Below are positions 29,201-38,740 of a stretch of 64,000 nucleotides of DNA, in pieces. The stretch covers positions 1 through 64,000 of IMG/VR virus record IMGVR_UViG_3300045988_042533; one strand, written 5' to 3'. Below the pieces are notes generated by a model. That model was not told the DNA's origin, searched no databases, and saw only the letters and a list, made by a program, of their open reading frames with translations. The position numbers and the translations under genes are program-made. Position 1 is the first letter of the stretch. Every line of letters starts with the position of its first letter. The stretch is from a virus.

Positions 29201-30461
29201 AAGCAGATAATAGAATACCAGTTCCAAGAGCTGAAATAATACCTTGTGTGGCATAAGGATGTTCTTTAGTATAAACTTTTAAAGCATCATTCCATTCTAT
29301 ACCTTTGTTATGTAAAAAACTTCTAACTTTATTTACTTTATTAGAAAGATTTATTGGAGACATTCCTATTTCATCAAATGCTTCTTTACGTAATCGCTTT
29401 ATTTTATTATTATGTAAAAAACTTCTAACTCTATTTACATGATTGTTATTATAAACCATTGGCATATTTGGTTTATAAATTGCAGGAAGACTTGAAGGAT
29501 TTATAGGAGAAGTTTCTACTTCATTAAATCCAGCTTTACGCCTTCTATCAAGAAAAGCTCTAATTCTGTTAGCAGAAGGCATACCTTCTAATTTGCCTTC
29601 AGAAGAAATATTACCTTTACCTGAAATTCTAATAGGTAATTGTTTTGTTTTATTAAGTGCTTGTTTAAATTTACCTACAACATTTGATACATCTGAAGAC
29701 TTTCTCAAATTAACTACTCCATTTCCAGCAGGAATAGTAGTATTAGCTTTGTTTAACCTACTAGCAACAGTATTAACTCTTTGAACTGTTGTGGGAACAC
29801 CTTTCATTGTAGAAAATCCAACAGTAGGAGCTATACCACCTTGAACTTGTGGTACATAATAAGTTTTACCATTATAGTTAACTCTATTATATCGACCAAA
29901 AGTTTGAGCAGCCTTACTATTTCTATATTGTTGTGTAGTAAGAGTTCCTTTACGTTTAATTTGAGAAGCTTTATCAGATTTATCTATATAATTAATAACT
30001 TTACCTATAGTAGTATTATCTTTTCTATATTGTCTATTTCTAGCATTAACTACTCGTCTACCACTAGCGACTCTAGTATTATCAGATTCATTAACATTAC
30101 GTTCTAGACGATTAGCAAAATTAGTAAAGTTATATTTACCACCTATAGCAAACATTCTTCTATGGGGGAGCTGTGTAGCTGTACCTCCTCTACGATATTC
30201 ATAATATTTGTCCTGATTATTATTATAATTCTCAGCTTGATACATATTGTTAATACTATTTGCTATATTATTATCATTAGCTAATTTAGCTTGATTCATA
30301 GCAAGTTCTCTTTGTCTGTTATACATTTGTTTTGCTGCTTTAGCTTGAGCGTTAGTTTGAACAAGTCCACTAGCAACATTAAATAAACTACCTATACCTG
30401 CTTGAAGTAATCCACCCCAAAAATATTCAGGTCTTGATTGTTTAACTACTTTACGAGACAT
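26244..30461 (-). CDS. large virion (tail or cargo) protein, 1405 aa
   Basis: Long ORF with an N/Q/T-rich disordered stretch and a C-terminal Q/N/A-rich coiled-coil-like region. It has iterated (F/Y)R-x-GG peptides and an internal RSFLHN repeat. Confidence 0.8.
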   Translation of the reverse strand: MSRKVVKQSRPEYFWGGLLQAGIGSLFNVASGLVQTNAQAKAAKQMYNRQRELAMNQAKLANDNNIANSINNMYQAENYNNNQDKYYEYRRGGTATQLPHRRMFAIGGKYNFTNFANRLERNVNESDNTRVASGRRVVNARNRQYRKDNTTIGKVINYIDKSDKASQIKRKGTLTTQQYRNSKAAQTFGRYNRVNYNGKTYYVPQVQGGIAPTVGFSTMKGVPTTVQRVNTVASRLNKANTTIPAGNGVVNLRKSSDVSNVVGKFKQALNKTKQLPIRISGKGNISSEGKLEGMPSANRIRAFLDRRRKAGFNEVETSPINPSSLPAIYKPNMPMVYNNNHVNRVRSFLHNNKIKRLRKEAFDEIGMSPINLSNKVNKVRSFLHNKGIEWNDALKVYTKEHPYATQGIISALGTGILLSAYEAGKSYIPKTNTAVSTKNNVANKPVNKPKSKAQPQQVKNDTTQVAKQTPNDSTIVQNNNQTDTTKIVNNQAPVANNRTANQSNANSTQPTTNNQRVATNKNKTRAAAQTLQRKGRTKSRVSANRTNNIRQNFNFEPINDTVNGYSQVEDIQGRSYDEYKADVDTEAEARRQEAINNLLSNYNYEDRNTTDEMRYGGKARSKKRVPIKITDGGVAQRISNNTFLLRGGSHEQVNPSGQTGIGIKVGNNEIEAEGGEVAQRVGNALRIFSAQPMINGISPAQAVEAGANKNKIFAIQEALKRNYDNNNNVFRNGGIKKVGPTYNPETKSWYNANGAKLKKGHGYYSQAANKFVQYNSDGSISKFTINQWAKLKGKTQSYNVGNKAIQLNQHKEGNNLYYSPKRIRGNVSPTKAASEEHEVWVNNVANRIGKYNSGFINDKEINLTLATPYGNKEVIVNGRPVSANMLDSIAYNAGLNKYNKSQLPYAFGIPAHETLNGRTIGYIDGDKEEQRVQHNANTFRNYGVFDSAALLNDYNNIPNNVSPYYHAVDYFRRGLYNVNKKTHRQDVYNDGIKEWNDKNFQKYWNEQGIKQYQRGLKDTAKKQYYDNLIHSNDSVKNYYKRLAYKRYFRCGGRVKFDDGGMTRAQRRVAKGLSFNPNNFGTPESLYPNMDFSTPKGWENVDFSSTGKTSSNTTPINNWWNRNGMSVNSSDWIGLGTDLAGSLALGAFNANAYKNLKYDYKLPNYVDETPVAFDTTYHNDAQRATVERNRLNAQKIIANNTSSANTAVQRMQQSNADAMMETNKLWDEKANKEVELRNAAAQNEQQVRARNAAARNQYYQNVAEIQNKRIDAENANRLARSNAWATSLQGLQGAANNFLNSTRQRFEDENALMATIAAGDAATPYRMMAFGTQFGPRVINAIRAMNNIEGMKDPGAAPIRSNYSNDADYSAARSKWETAMKNYEYWKQRNQFLSHYDRKGYLIKRK
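28519..28532 (+). repeat. GC-box copy H (CCCCCCCGTAGAAG)
   Basis: Inside the 1405-aa ORF, translated LLRGGS. Confidence 0.9.
30157..30172 (-). repeat. GC-box copy I (CTTCTATGGGGGAGCT, one substitution)
   Basis: Inside the 1405-aa ORF, translated QLPHRR, a different frame from copies B, D, E and G. Confidence 0.8.
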
Positions 30462-30464
30462 ATA

Positions 30465-33077
30465 TTATTCATTATTAGTTATAAAATTAATACTTTCAAA
30501 TTTATACTTAACACTATTATCAAATATAAATCTAGCAACAAAATATTTACCATATAAAATAGCAGATTCATCACTAGGTTTATCATAAGCTATAGAATTT
30601 CTTATATAATCAAAATTCCATTTACCTTTATCCCAATATGGATATTTGTAAGCTTTAGGATTTAAAGAAATACCATTATATTTTTTATCATCATGAGTTT
30701 CAATATCAAGTATACCTGTATTGTTTTCCTCATTATAAACTTTAAACTTATAACCACTATATCTTCTATTAAGACTTTCTTCTGCTTTATTAATTAAATC
30801 AAAGTTAGAATTAATAGTATTAACAATATAGCTTATTGATGTTAAAATTTTAGGTATTTCATAATTATCATTGTTTATAATATCAAAATAAGAATAAGGT
30901 TTACTATTAACTTTAACAACTTTATCTGAATCAAGTTTTTCAATTATAGTTCCTGTAGAAGTAATATAATCTTTACTATAAAAGTATGATACTATTTTAC
31001 TATAATTGTTTTCATAATCTACAGTCATAGCTTCGATATAATCATTGCTTTTAAGCTTTATGCTTTCTCCATTATATTCAACTCCTAAATTAGTAGGAAT
31101 AATAAAATGAGAATTTATTATATATCTTATAGTATTGGTTGTAGATTGAAATATAGTAACATTACCATCTTCATCTACTTTCAATTCAGGAGGAGTAACA
31201 TAAGGTTTTATATATAAAGCATAAACAGTTTTACTTTCATAAATATTAGCACCATCTTTATAAATAATTCTACATTTAACAGTTCTAAAGTTTTCATTTT
31301 TTATACCATTTGTAGTTATCCACACACCATTATCATTTATTTGTATTTGAGAATCACCTACAGTATTAGGATTATTAACTCTTATATAATTATCAACTGT
31401 AATAGTTGGAGAATAAAGCTTCTTAAATACATAAACTGTTACTTTAGTATATTCTTGTCTAGATTCATTATAACCTACAATTCTAATAACATTTCCAAAT
31501 TTAGGTTTTAATGTATCTCCACTATTTATAAGAGTACTATTTATAGTAGGAGTACTACCATTAGTAGTCATATACATTTTATAAGAACCATTAGATGTTA
31601 CTACAACTTCTTCTTTATCTTCATTATAATCTACAGATGGAGCTGTATAAGTAATTATATCTAAAGATGTAATTATAGTTTCTTTTTTAAAGTATTCATT
31701 ATCTACATAACTATTGTTAGTGTAATTTCTTATACCAATACTTCTTATAACTTTTATTTTGCTCCAACGATTATCATCTAGTTTAGCAGGTAACGTTCTA
31801 ACACCAAGTTGATAATCACTATTATCATATAAATAAGCTTTATCAGTATAATAATTTAACCACTCAGGAAGTACAGGAACATTATTTGCTTTAAGAATAT
31901 CATTGCCTGCATCATATTCTAGTATTGGAGATTCAAAATCTATATTGCCAACTTCAAGTTTTTCTATAATAGAATAACTTACTTCATCAGTATTATAGTA
32001 AAGTAGAATATCATTACTAACAAGCTTTATAGGAGAAACATAATCTTTATATTCAGAAGTATTAACAGAGTATTTTACTTTATAATTATGAACATCAAGC
32101 TTGTTATTAGGGTCTAGTTTAACATATATTTCATTAGGTTTGTCAGAAGCTATAAAACTTATTACAGGTTTAATAGCACCTCGTTTATCAGAAATCTCTG
32201 TAGTCCAATAATACTTTTTAAAAGTTCCGTTATCAGTAGTAACACTATAAGCTATACGATATTTTTTAGCTTTAACTATTACAGCATTAACATCTTTGCT
32301 TATATTGGATTTAGTTTCTTGTTCATTTATACCTACATTATCTTCTGTAGTATAACTATAAACGCCAACTTCATTGTTTTTAAACTTAAAATCTATATTT
32401 AAAGGAGATAGAGTTATAACAGGAAGTTCCATATTATAAATCCCATCACCTATTGTGAATTCACTTACACTAGATTTGTAATCACCATATATTACTACAG
32501 CTTTAGCAACACAGTTTTGCAATGTTATGAAACGACCATTACTTATATTATGAGTGTATATACAATATTCATAATTATCTTTTGAAGGTTCAGTTCCATC
32601 AAAAGTTATATAAATAGAACCTTGTGTAATAATTCCATTATAATTAGGTTCATTTACAACTAAATTTATAGTTTCATAAGTATCAGTACCTTTTTCTCCT
32701 ACATTGTTAATATCAGACACACTTATATTATAATCTTTATTTTCAAAAGGAGTAAATATAAATGTTTCATCATCTAGCTCAATAGATTTAGTATCAGAGT
32801 TATAAGCACCTGTTTTGAATTTAATAACAGGTTTTGTATAAAGTACTATATCTTTATTTATACCATTTAACGTATAAATAGTATTTGCTTTATCTGTAGC
32901 AAATATACAAAGGGATGTTTCTGTAGGCTCAGTTCCATCTATAGTATAAAATAGTTTCCAAACATTTGAACTAGATTGAGTATAAGATGAAAGTAGCAAT
33001 ACTCTAACAACACCTTCGTTGTCACAAAATATATTATAATCAAATCTCTTAGTCATATATATCAAAATATTTATCAT
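30465..33077 (-). CDS. tail-associated protein with Ig-like (chitobiase/FN3-associated-type) repeats
   Basis: 870 aa. There are three copies of the Y-x-x-DG(T/S)xP hallmark: FYTIDGTEPTETS, YITFDGTEPSKDN, MYMTTNGSTPTINS. An alternative ATG at 33056 would give only an 8-nt overlap with the upstream gene. Confidence 0.75.
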   Translation of the reverse strand: MINILIYMTKRFDYNIFCDNEGVVRVLLLSSYTQSSSNVWKLFYTIDGTEPTETSLCIFATDKANTIYTLNGINKDIVLYTKPVIKFKTGAYNSDTKSIELDDETFIFTPFENKDYNISVSDINNVGEKGTDTYETINLVVNEPNYNGIITQGSIYITFDGTEPSKDNYEYCIYTHNISNGRFITLQNCVAKAVVIYGDYKSSVSEFTIGDGIYNMELPVITLSPLNIDFKFKNNEVGVYSYTTEDNVGINEQETKSNISKDVNAVIVKAKKYRIAYSVTTDNGTFKKYYWTTEISDKRGAIKPVISFIASDKPNEIYVKLDPNNKLDVHNYKVKYSVNTSEYKDYVSPIKLVSNDILLYYNTDEVSYSIIEKLEVGNIDFESPILEYDAGNDILKANNVPVLPEWLNYYTDKAYLYDNSDYQLGVRTLPAKLDDNRWSKIKVIRSIGIRNYTNNSYVDNEYFKKETIITSLDIITYTAPSVDYNEDKEEVVVTSNGSYKMYMTTNGSTPTINSTLINSGDTLKPKFGNVIRIVGYNESRQEYTKVTVYVFKKLYSPTITVDNYIRVNNPNTVGDSQIQINDNGVWITTNGIKNENFRTVKCRIIYKDGANIYESKTVYALYIKPYVTPPELKVDEDGNVTIFQSTTNTIRYIINSHFIIPTNLGVEYNGESIKLKSNDYIEAMTVDYENNYSKIVSYFYSKDYITSTGTIIEKLDSDKVVKVNSKPYSYFDIINNDNYEIPKILTSISYIVNTINSNFDLINKAEESLNRRYSGYKFKVYNEENNTGILDIETHDDKKYNGISLNPKAYKYPYWDKGKWNFDYIRNSIAYDKPSDESAILYGKYFVARFIFDNSVKYKFESINFITNNE

Positions 33078-36000
33078 TAGTATTAGCTAGATTGAAATAA
33101 TCACAACTAGCATTATCAAATTCATAAATACGCCTTCTATCTTTATTTCTATCAAAGAGATAACTATTATTGAAAGTTTTATAATTATCTGTGAAAGTAT
33201 AATCATGAAGACTAATATAACTATTTGTATAGAAGCTATAACTCAATGTTATAGTTTGACCATCTTTAAGATATATACATATAATAAGTCTATTATACTT
33301 ATAATCTTCAGCAAACCTAACTGTTTCTATATCTAGAACTTTTAAGAAATTAATTATATCTTTAGATAAAATATCTATTTTACCATCAACAAACATAAAT
33401 ATATATTTGTTTACACTATCATACCATATATACCCATTTTTAGATATAATACTTTCTTTGTTATTTCTAAGACCACCAAAACCTTCATTAGAAGGAAGAA
33501 GTTCTTTATAATCAATATCAAATGTATCAGGAATACTAAGTTGACTTCTACTTGTTAATTGAGGAGTTCTATCAAATACAAATAAAGAATATTCTGTATG
33601 GACTAGTAGATACAAACCTATACCTATAACATTAGTTATCTCACCTTTATTTTCTTTAATTATCTTATAATTATCAACTTCAAAGTTTCTAAAATTATTA
33701 TCTAGAGATTCATCTGAAATTACATCACTTCTACGAATAGTTTTAGTAAACGTATCTTCATACTTATCGTTATAATTAGTAAAAGTTTTATTAGGTTTAG
33801 CTTTATAAGCTTCTTTTATTTCTAGAAAGCTTTTAAGTTTATCAGGACTAATAATGCTATTATATTTAACTCCAAGAGATTTACCTTCAGATGTTGAAAA
33901 AGTTGTAGCACCTTTAGCAAAATCATTAAGAATAGAAGCACAATTATAAGGAACTAAAGCATAATTAAAATCAGTATTAGAACCTAATACATAATAAGTA
34001 ATATTACCATCTTCTGAAGTAACATTATTTACTGTAGGATTTATAATTATATCTTTATTATAATAAATAATCCTTTCTCTATTAAGAAAAGCAGGATGAT
34101 ACCTATAATTGTTTTTATTATAAACTTTAGTGTCATAAATATTTGGAGTTAGACGATATAGAGTTTTAACAGATTTATTATATAAAACTGTATTACTATT
34201 AGTCATATATTTTCTACCAATATCATGATTAATATCTCCAATACTCTCAATATGTTTTTCTATTGTAGCTTTATCAATCAACTCATAACTAATAGGAGTA
34301 GACTTACCACTAGTATCTAAAATTTGATTACCTGATAGATTAAGTTCATTGTATAGACAATCAGTATTTGTAAAACAAGTATGTTTCTCAGTATCAGTAC
34401 CAAACTTCTTATAACATATTATAGGTATTGATTCAACTTCAACATCTTCATAACTTAAAAAATATCCAACATAACCATTAGGAATATTTTCTATTTTAGA
34501 TGTTATATTTATCAAATCAAGACCGTTATGTTTTCTATAAATATATCCAACTCTAAAACCATTTGTAGCACTACCATCTTTTCTAAGATAATGAATAAAT
34601 ATATTATAATGCTGATATGGAATAAAAGTTCTATTATTATTTGTCTTAATTATATTACTATAATAAGTTTTAGATTCATTATAAGTAACAGTAGAAGATA
34701 TTGGTTCACCACCATAAAAAGCAGGATAACTTAAAGTAAATTCAGATAGACCAACATAACTATAGAAAACTTCTCCTGTAGGTTGTTTATTTTTATAATA
34801 ATAAACTGATTCGATACCTATAGCTAATGCACAATCTTTTACTTCACCATTAAAAGGATATTCTGTACCATCAGCAGTTATCAAATAAAGACAATTATTA
34901 TCTACTTTAACTTTATAAGGATAATTTTCTCCTTTAGTCCATATAAATTGACTTTTCTTTTTATTATAAGAACCTATTTGAATACTAAAAGTATTTATAC
35001 AATAAGCAGCGTGTTGATTATCGTTCTTATCATATCCAAAATCAATCTTATCTTTATCAGTAACTTTTAATACAGCAGTAGTACCATCAGGTCTTACAAC
35101 TCCTACTCTAAGTTTACTTATAAGATTATTATTGATAAAAGCAACGGGATTCTTCAAATAAACAACATTATTAATTGTTTCAACATCAACATTGGTTAAT
35201 CCTGAATCACAATTCATAGTTTCAAATTGAGCTTGATAAATAGACTTTGTAACAATACTTTGAGTATTCTCATAACTATGGGTATTACAATCTATTTTTA
35301 TGTTGTTATTGTTACCTATTTCTTCATTATTATATTCTTCATAATTAGCTATATATAGTCTATTATTATAATTAACTATATTTCTAACATTATAATATTG
35401 AGAAGGAGAACGAAGTAAATCATCAATAGAAATTTCTTCAGTATAAGTATTATTATTTACATCAACTTTATTAATGTTAGCATCAAACTTGTTAAATATT
35501 CTACCTCTAACATTATTATCATGTTTAACAATATAACCTATTCTAAATGGAACATTGACATTAGATATATTAAGTTCTATATTGCAATTAGAATAAGAAT
35601 TGCTATTAACATCAAAGTTTTTAAAATAACTAATATTCTTTTCTGCATCAGTATCTGGACCACCTATGTCATTATATTTATCACCAAAGTTAAGTTTATA
35701 AATCTTATCATTAATAAGAAAAGAATGAATAGGTTTATCTTTACTAGATTGAGTATATATTAATATATCATCAGTAATTTGAAACCACTTAGAATAATTA
35801 TTATCATCAACTGCAAACTGAATAAAGAATGTATAAGAACCACATAATAGACTTCCACTCGTTTCTATATCATAATCAACATTGTATAATGGAATATCAG
35901 GTTCTATATTATAATTAGAATAATTATTTTTACTATCTAAATTCCAACATTTAAGTGGAACTTTAGCCTTACTTTTAATATTATTCTTTAAACAATAAGC

Positions 36001-36375
36001 ATCGTATTCAGCAACGGCTATTATAAGTTCATTCTTATAATTATATGTAAAAGTTCCTGTAATAGTTCCACCATTATATTTCCAATCTGTTTCTACATAA
36101 GAAATGTCTCCAGTATCTTTACGTCTATAAATTCTAGATATACCTTCTTCATTTTCTACAGGTTGAAAAGTAAATATAACAATTTCATTATTGCAAGGAA
36201 CAACACCAACCACAAACTCTCCATCATTTTCACATTCAAATGCTACTGAAAATCCATCTTCTCTAGTTATATAAGAATTAGATGTATCCACTACTATATT
36301 CTTTGCAGCAACAAGACTGTTACTAGGAATACTATTAGGTGTTTTATTTAAATATAATTTTTTATTTATATTCAT
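33049..36375 (-). CDS. large tail structural protein (1108 aa)
   Basis: Long ORF in the tail block, beta-rich and N/Y-rich in composition. Function inferred only from position. Confidence 0.75.
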   Translation of the reverse strand: MNINKKLYLNKTPNSIPSNSLVAAKNIVVDTSNSYITREDGFSVAFECENDGEFVVGVVPCNNEIVIFTFQPVENEEGISRIYRRKDTGDISYVETDWKYNGGTITGTFTYNYKNELIIAVAEYDAYCLKNNIKSKAKVPLKCWNLDSKNNYSNYNIEPDIPLYNVDYDIETSGSLLCGSYTFFIQFAVDDNNYSKWFQITDDILIYTQSSKDKPIHSFLINDKIYKLNFGDKYNDIGGPDTDAEKNISYFKNFDVNSNSYSNCNIELNISNVNVPFRIGYIVKHDNNVRGRIFNKFDANINKVDVNNNTYTEEISIDDLLRSPSQYYNVRNIVNYNNRLYIANYEEYNNEEIGNNNNIKIDCNTHSYENTQSIVTKSIYQAQFETMNCDSGLTNVDVETINNVVYLKNPVAFINNNLISKLRVGVVRPDGTTAVLKVTDKDKIDFGYDKNDNQHAAYCINTFSIQIGSYNKKKSQFIWTKGENYPYKVKVDNNCLYLITADGTEYPFNGEVKDCALAIGIESVYYYKNKQPTGEVFYSYVGLSEFTLSYPAFYGGEPISSTVTYNESKTYYSNIIKTNNNRTFIPYQHYNIFIHYLRKDGSATNGFRVGYIYRKHNGLDLINITSKIENIPNGYVGYFLSYEDVEVESIPIICYKKFGTDTEKHTCFTNTDCLYNELNLSGNQILDTSGKSTPISYELIDKATIEKHIESIGDINHDIGRKYMTNSNTVLYNKSVKTLYRLTPNIYDTKVYNKNNYRYHPAFLNRERIIYYNKDIIINPTVNNVTSEDGNITYYVLGSNTDFNYALVPYNCASILNDFAKGATTFSTSEGKSLGVKYNSIISPDKLKSFLEIKEAYKAKPNKTFTNYNDKYEDTFTKTIRRSDVISDESLDNNFRNFEVDNYKIIKENKGEITNVIGIGLYLLVHTEYSLFVFDRTPQLTSRSQLSIPDTFDIDYKELLPSNEGFGGLRNNKESIISKNGYIWYDSVNKYIFMFVDGKIDILSKDIINFLKVLDIETVRFAEDYKYNRLIICIYLKDGQTITLSYSFYTNSYISLHDYTFTDNYKTFNNSYLFDRNKDRRRIYEFDNASCDYFNLANTNDKYFDIYD

Positions 36376-36378
36376 ATC

Positions 36379-37143
36379 TTAAACTCCTCTAGGATTAAAA
36401 GTAAAGTTATAAAAGAAGTTATTCCAATCACTTTGAGCATCTTTATTTAATTCATTACGAACAGATGCAGCAGCTTTTGGTCGAAGAGTATTCCATTGAA
36501 TCCAAGGATTAGTCACAGGACTATTATTTTTCAAATCATATACTTGATGTTTACTTCCACGGCTAAGATATTTAAAAAGAATATACCATGATAAAGCTTC
36601 AAGAAGAAGACCATTGTCATAAATATATGGAACTTCACAATCATAGTATTCATCATAATATGTTGCAACTTCATAAGATATTACAACGATGTAATCAGTA
36701 TCAAAGTTTAGTTCTATATTATTACCATCTAGAACATAATTATGATTATTGTTTCTATTTACTATAGAAGCAACTTCCATATAATTAATTCCTGTTTTAT
36801 TAGTATTATCAATAACAGCAATCTCAGATTCTGTAGCACGTCTATTACTATCAGAACCTAAGTTACAATGACAACTAGAAGAATCTAGTTCAGGAATTTC
36901 ACAACCATATTTATCATAAACTCTAATTTCTTTTGCGTTATTAATATCACAAGGAAATTGAGCAATCTTATCACTAACTTCCAACTGTCTTTTCTTCTTA
37001 ACAGAAGGAAGAATCTTCATTTGACTTAGAGCATCAATAGTCCAAGCAGCTACTCTAGGAATCCAATCACTTTCACTTATATTAAAGTCATTGTCTACTT
37101 TTGCTACTAGGCGTCCTATGTTTAACTGATTCTTGATTTTCAT
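36379..37143 (-). CDS. hypothetical structural-module protein
   Basis: The ORF track starts at a TTG (37182). The first ATG (MKIKNQ...) is at 37143. Either start overlaps the 3' end of the upstream ORF (stop at 37088). Confidence 0.7.
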   Translation of the reverse strand: MKIKNQLNIGRLVAKVDNDFNISESDWIPRVAAWTIDALSQMKILPSVKKKRQLEVSDKIAQFPCDINNAKEIRVYDKYGCEIPELDSSSCHCNLGSDSNRRATESEIAVIDNTNKTGINYMEVASIVNRNNNHNYVLDGNNIELNFDTDYIVVISYEVATYYDEYYDCEVPYIYDNGLLLEALSWYILFKYLSRGSKHQVYDLKNNSPVTNPWIQWNTLRPKAAASVRNELNKDAQSDWNNFFYNFTFNPRGV

Positions 37144-38023
37144 TTCTAATAAATTTAGTATAAAGAAGTTTATCGGCTTCAAGACAAAGACTAAGCTTAG
37201 TCTTGAGGTCTATATTAAGTTTATAAATCTCATTAACGTCACCTCCAGTTTGTTTAAGAAGTTGTTCATTAGTTATACCTGCATATTGAGCTGGTCTATA
37301 ATTGACCTTTTTAAATTTCAATATATAAGCATTTGGAAGAGTACAATCCAACAAAGGAAGTTCATATATAGCTTCAGGCTTACGAAATATTCTATAATCA
37401 ACACCATTATAAGGAAGTCCATTAGCTTTAGCCCATTCTTCTTCAGCTTTATTCCAAAGATGAACTCCTTGTTCAATAAGTCTCTTCTTATTAGCTTTAG
37501 TCTTAGCATAATCTAGAACATTGCTTTCTCTTTGTCTATAAAGATTACGATTAAAACATATCCAGCCAATACGATTATCATAAACATAACCATAACCTTG
37601 AAGAAGATACTCTTGAACTTTAGTATAGAAAGTTTTAATTATATGGAGATATTGCTTATGATTAAGTTTAAGACACTTTTGATAACTAACTTTACATCTA
37701 TCAATTTCAGCAATTCTTTTCTTTGCTTTAAAATAATTAATAATCTCTAACAGTTTAGCTCTAGTTTCATTATCAATATTCTCATCTCTATATAATATTC
37801 CAAGTGTTGTTAATATTCTACCATTAATATATCTATCTTCAACAAACTCAGGATAATCTGCAAGATTAGTCTTAAACTGAGGAAGCCATTCAATAAATTT
37901 ATCTCTCTTACCTTTGTATTCAGCTTCAAGTTTATCCTTCTCAACAAACATTGTTTGAAGAGCCATTTTAAATGCAAACTGCATACTACTAAAATATTGC
38001 TTGGTACTTATAGGTTTTTCCAT
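37088..38023 (-). CDS. hypothetical structural-module protein (311 aa)
   Basis: ORF with a basic, K-rich composition. No motif recognised. Confidence 0.75.
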   Translation of the reverse strand: MEKPISTKQYFSSMQFAFKMALQTMFVEKDKLEAEYKGKRDKFIEWLPQFKTNLADYPEFVEDRYINGRILTTLGILYRDENIDNETRAKLLEIINYFKAKKRIAEIDRCKVSYQKCLKLNHKQYLHIIKTFYTKVQEYLLQGYGYVYDNRIGWICFNRNLYRQRESNVLDYAKTKANKKRLIEQGVHLWNKAEEEWAKANGLPYNGVDYRIFRKPEAIYELPLLDCTLPNAYILKFKKVNYRPAQYAGITNEQLLKQTGGDVNEIYKLNIDLKTKLSLCLEADKLLYTKFIRNENQESVKHRTPSSKSRQ

Positions 38024-38026
38024 TGT

Positions 38027-38704
38027 TTAAAATTTAATATTGTTTGGAACTTCATCTGTTTGACGAACTTGATTTAAAAGGTCTCTCTTATATATAATCT
38101 CTTTAATTTGACCAACCATATCTTCAGATAAAACCCATTCATTATCATCAAGAGCTACATCTAATTCATCAGCTTCTCCATTCTCAAGAAGTATTTGATT
38201 AGGATGTTCAAAAGCTGATTCAATGACTATAGCTCCTAGAGTTAAAGCTTTATTATTAGGTGCTGGATATAAATAAATATAATCATTGATATAATCATAA
38301 CTAATAGCTCCACACATACCAGGAAGACTGCCTCTAAATCTAGCAACAGTCTCTTTTATAAATGGAATTTCTCTATTAGTTTTATAACCAACTGTACTAA
38401 CTCTATCAAATGGAAGATTATTTATAAGCCTAACAGGTCTTTGAACTTTTTGTGCAGTACGTTTAATCTTATCGACAGTTACTCCTTCAGGAAGTTCAAT
38501 ATCTCCATCGTTAACACTAATAAGACTAACTCTATATCTTTGAGTTAGTCCTTTGTCAATATAATTGTGATTCTCATAACTACGTCTAATAACTTCAGCT
38601 CTAGTATGAATAATTAAAGATTTTATATTATTACGTAAAGCTTGATTATTAGGTTGACCTAGACTATGAGCAAACTCACTAACAAGTTGTGCAATACTAG
38701 CCAT
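38027..38704 (-). CDS. hypothetical structural protein (225 aa), first gene of the tail/cargo operon
   Basis: ORF preceded by the conserved gene-start box and a GC-box copy. It follows a 530-nt non-coding gap. Confidence 0.8.
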   Translation of the reverse strand: MASIAQLVSEFAHSLGQPNNQALRNNIKSLIIHTRAEVIRRSYENHNYIDKGLTQRYRVSLISVNDGDIELPEGVTVDKIKRTAQKVQRPVRLINNLPFDRVSTVGYKTNREIPFIKETVARFRGSLPGMCGAISYDYINDYIYLYPAPNNKALTLGAIVIESAFEHPNQILLENGEADELDVALDDNEWVLSEDMVGQIKEIIYKRDLLNQVRQTDEVPNNIKF

Positions 38705-38710
38705 TATATA

Positions 38711-38722
38711 ATTAGTTTAAAT
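38711..38722 (-). promoter_or_regulatory. gene-start box (minus strand ATTTAAACTAAT, 6 nt before ATG 38704)
   Basis: One of five near-identical 12-mers placed 6-22 nt upstream of start codons. Confidence 0.5.
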
Positions 38723-38740
38723 ATTAATACTATCAAAATT

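Noticed and set aside
37088-37182. Programmed ribosomal frameshift joining the 311-aa and following ORF
   Set aside because: No canonical slippery heptamer or downstream structure was recognised in the overlap. It is kept only as a low-interest note on the unusual overlap length.
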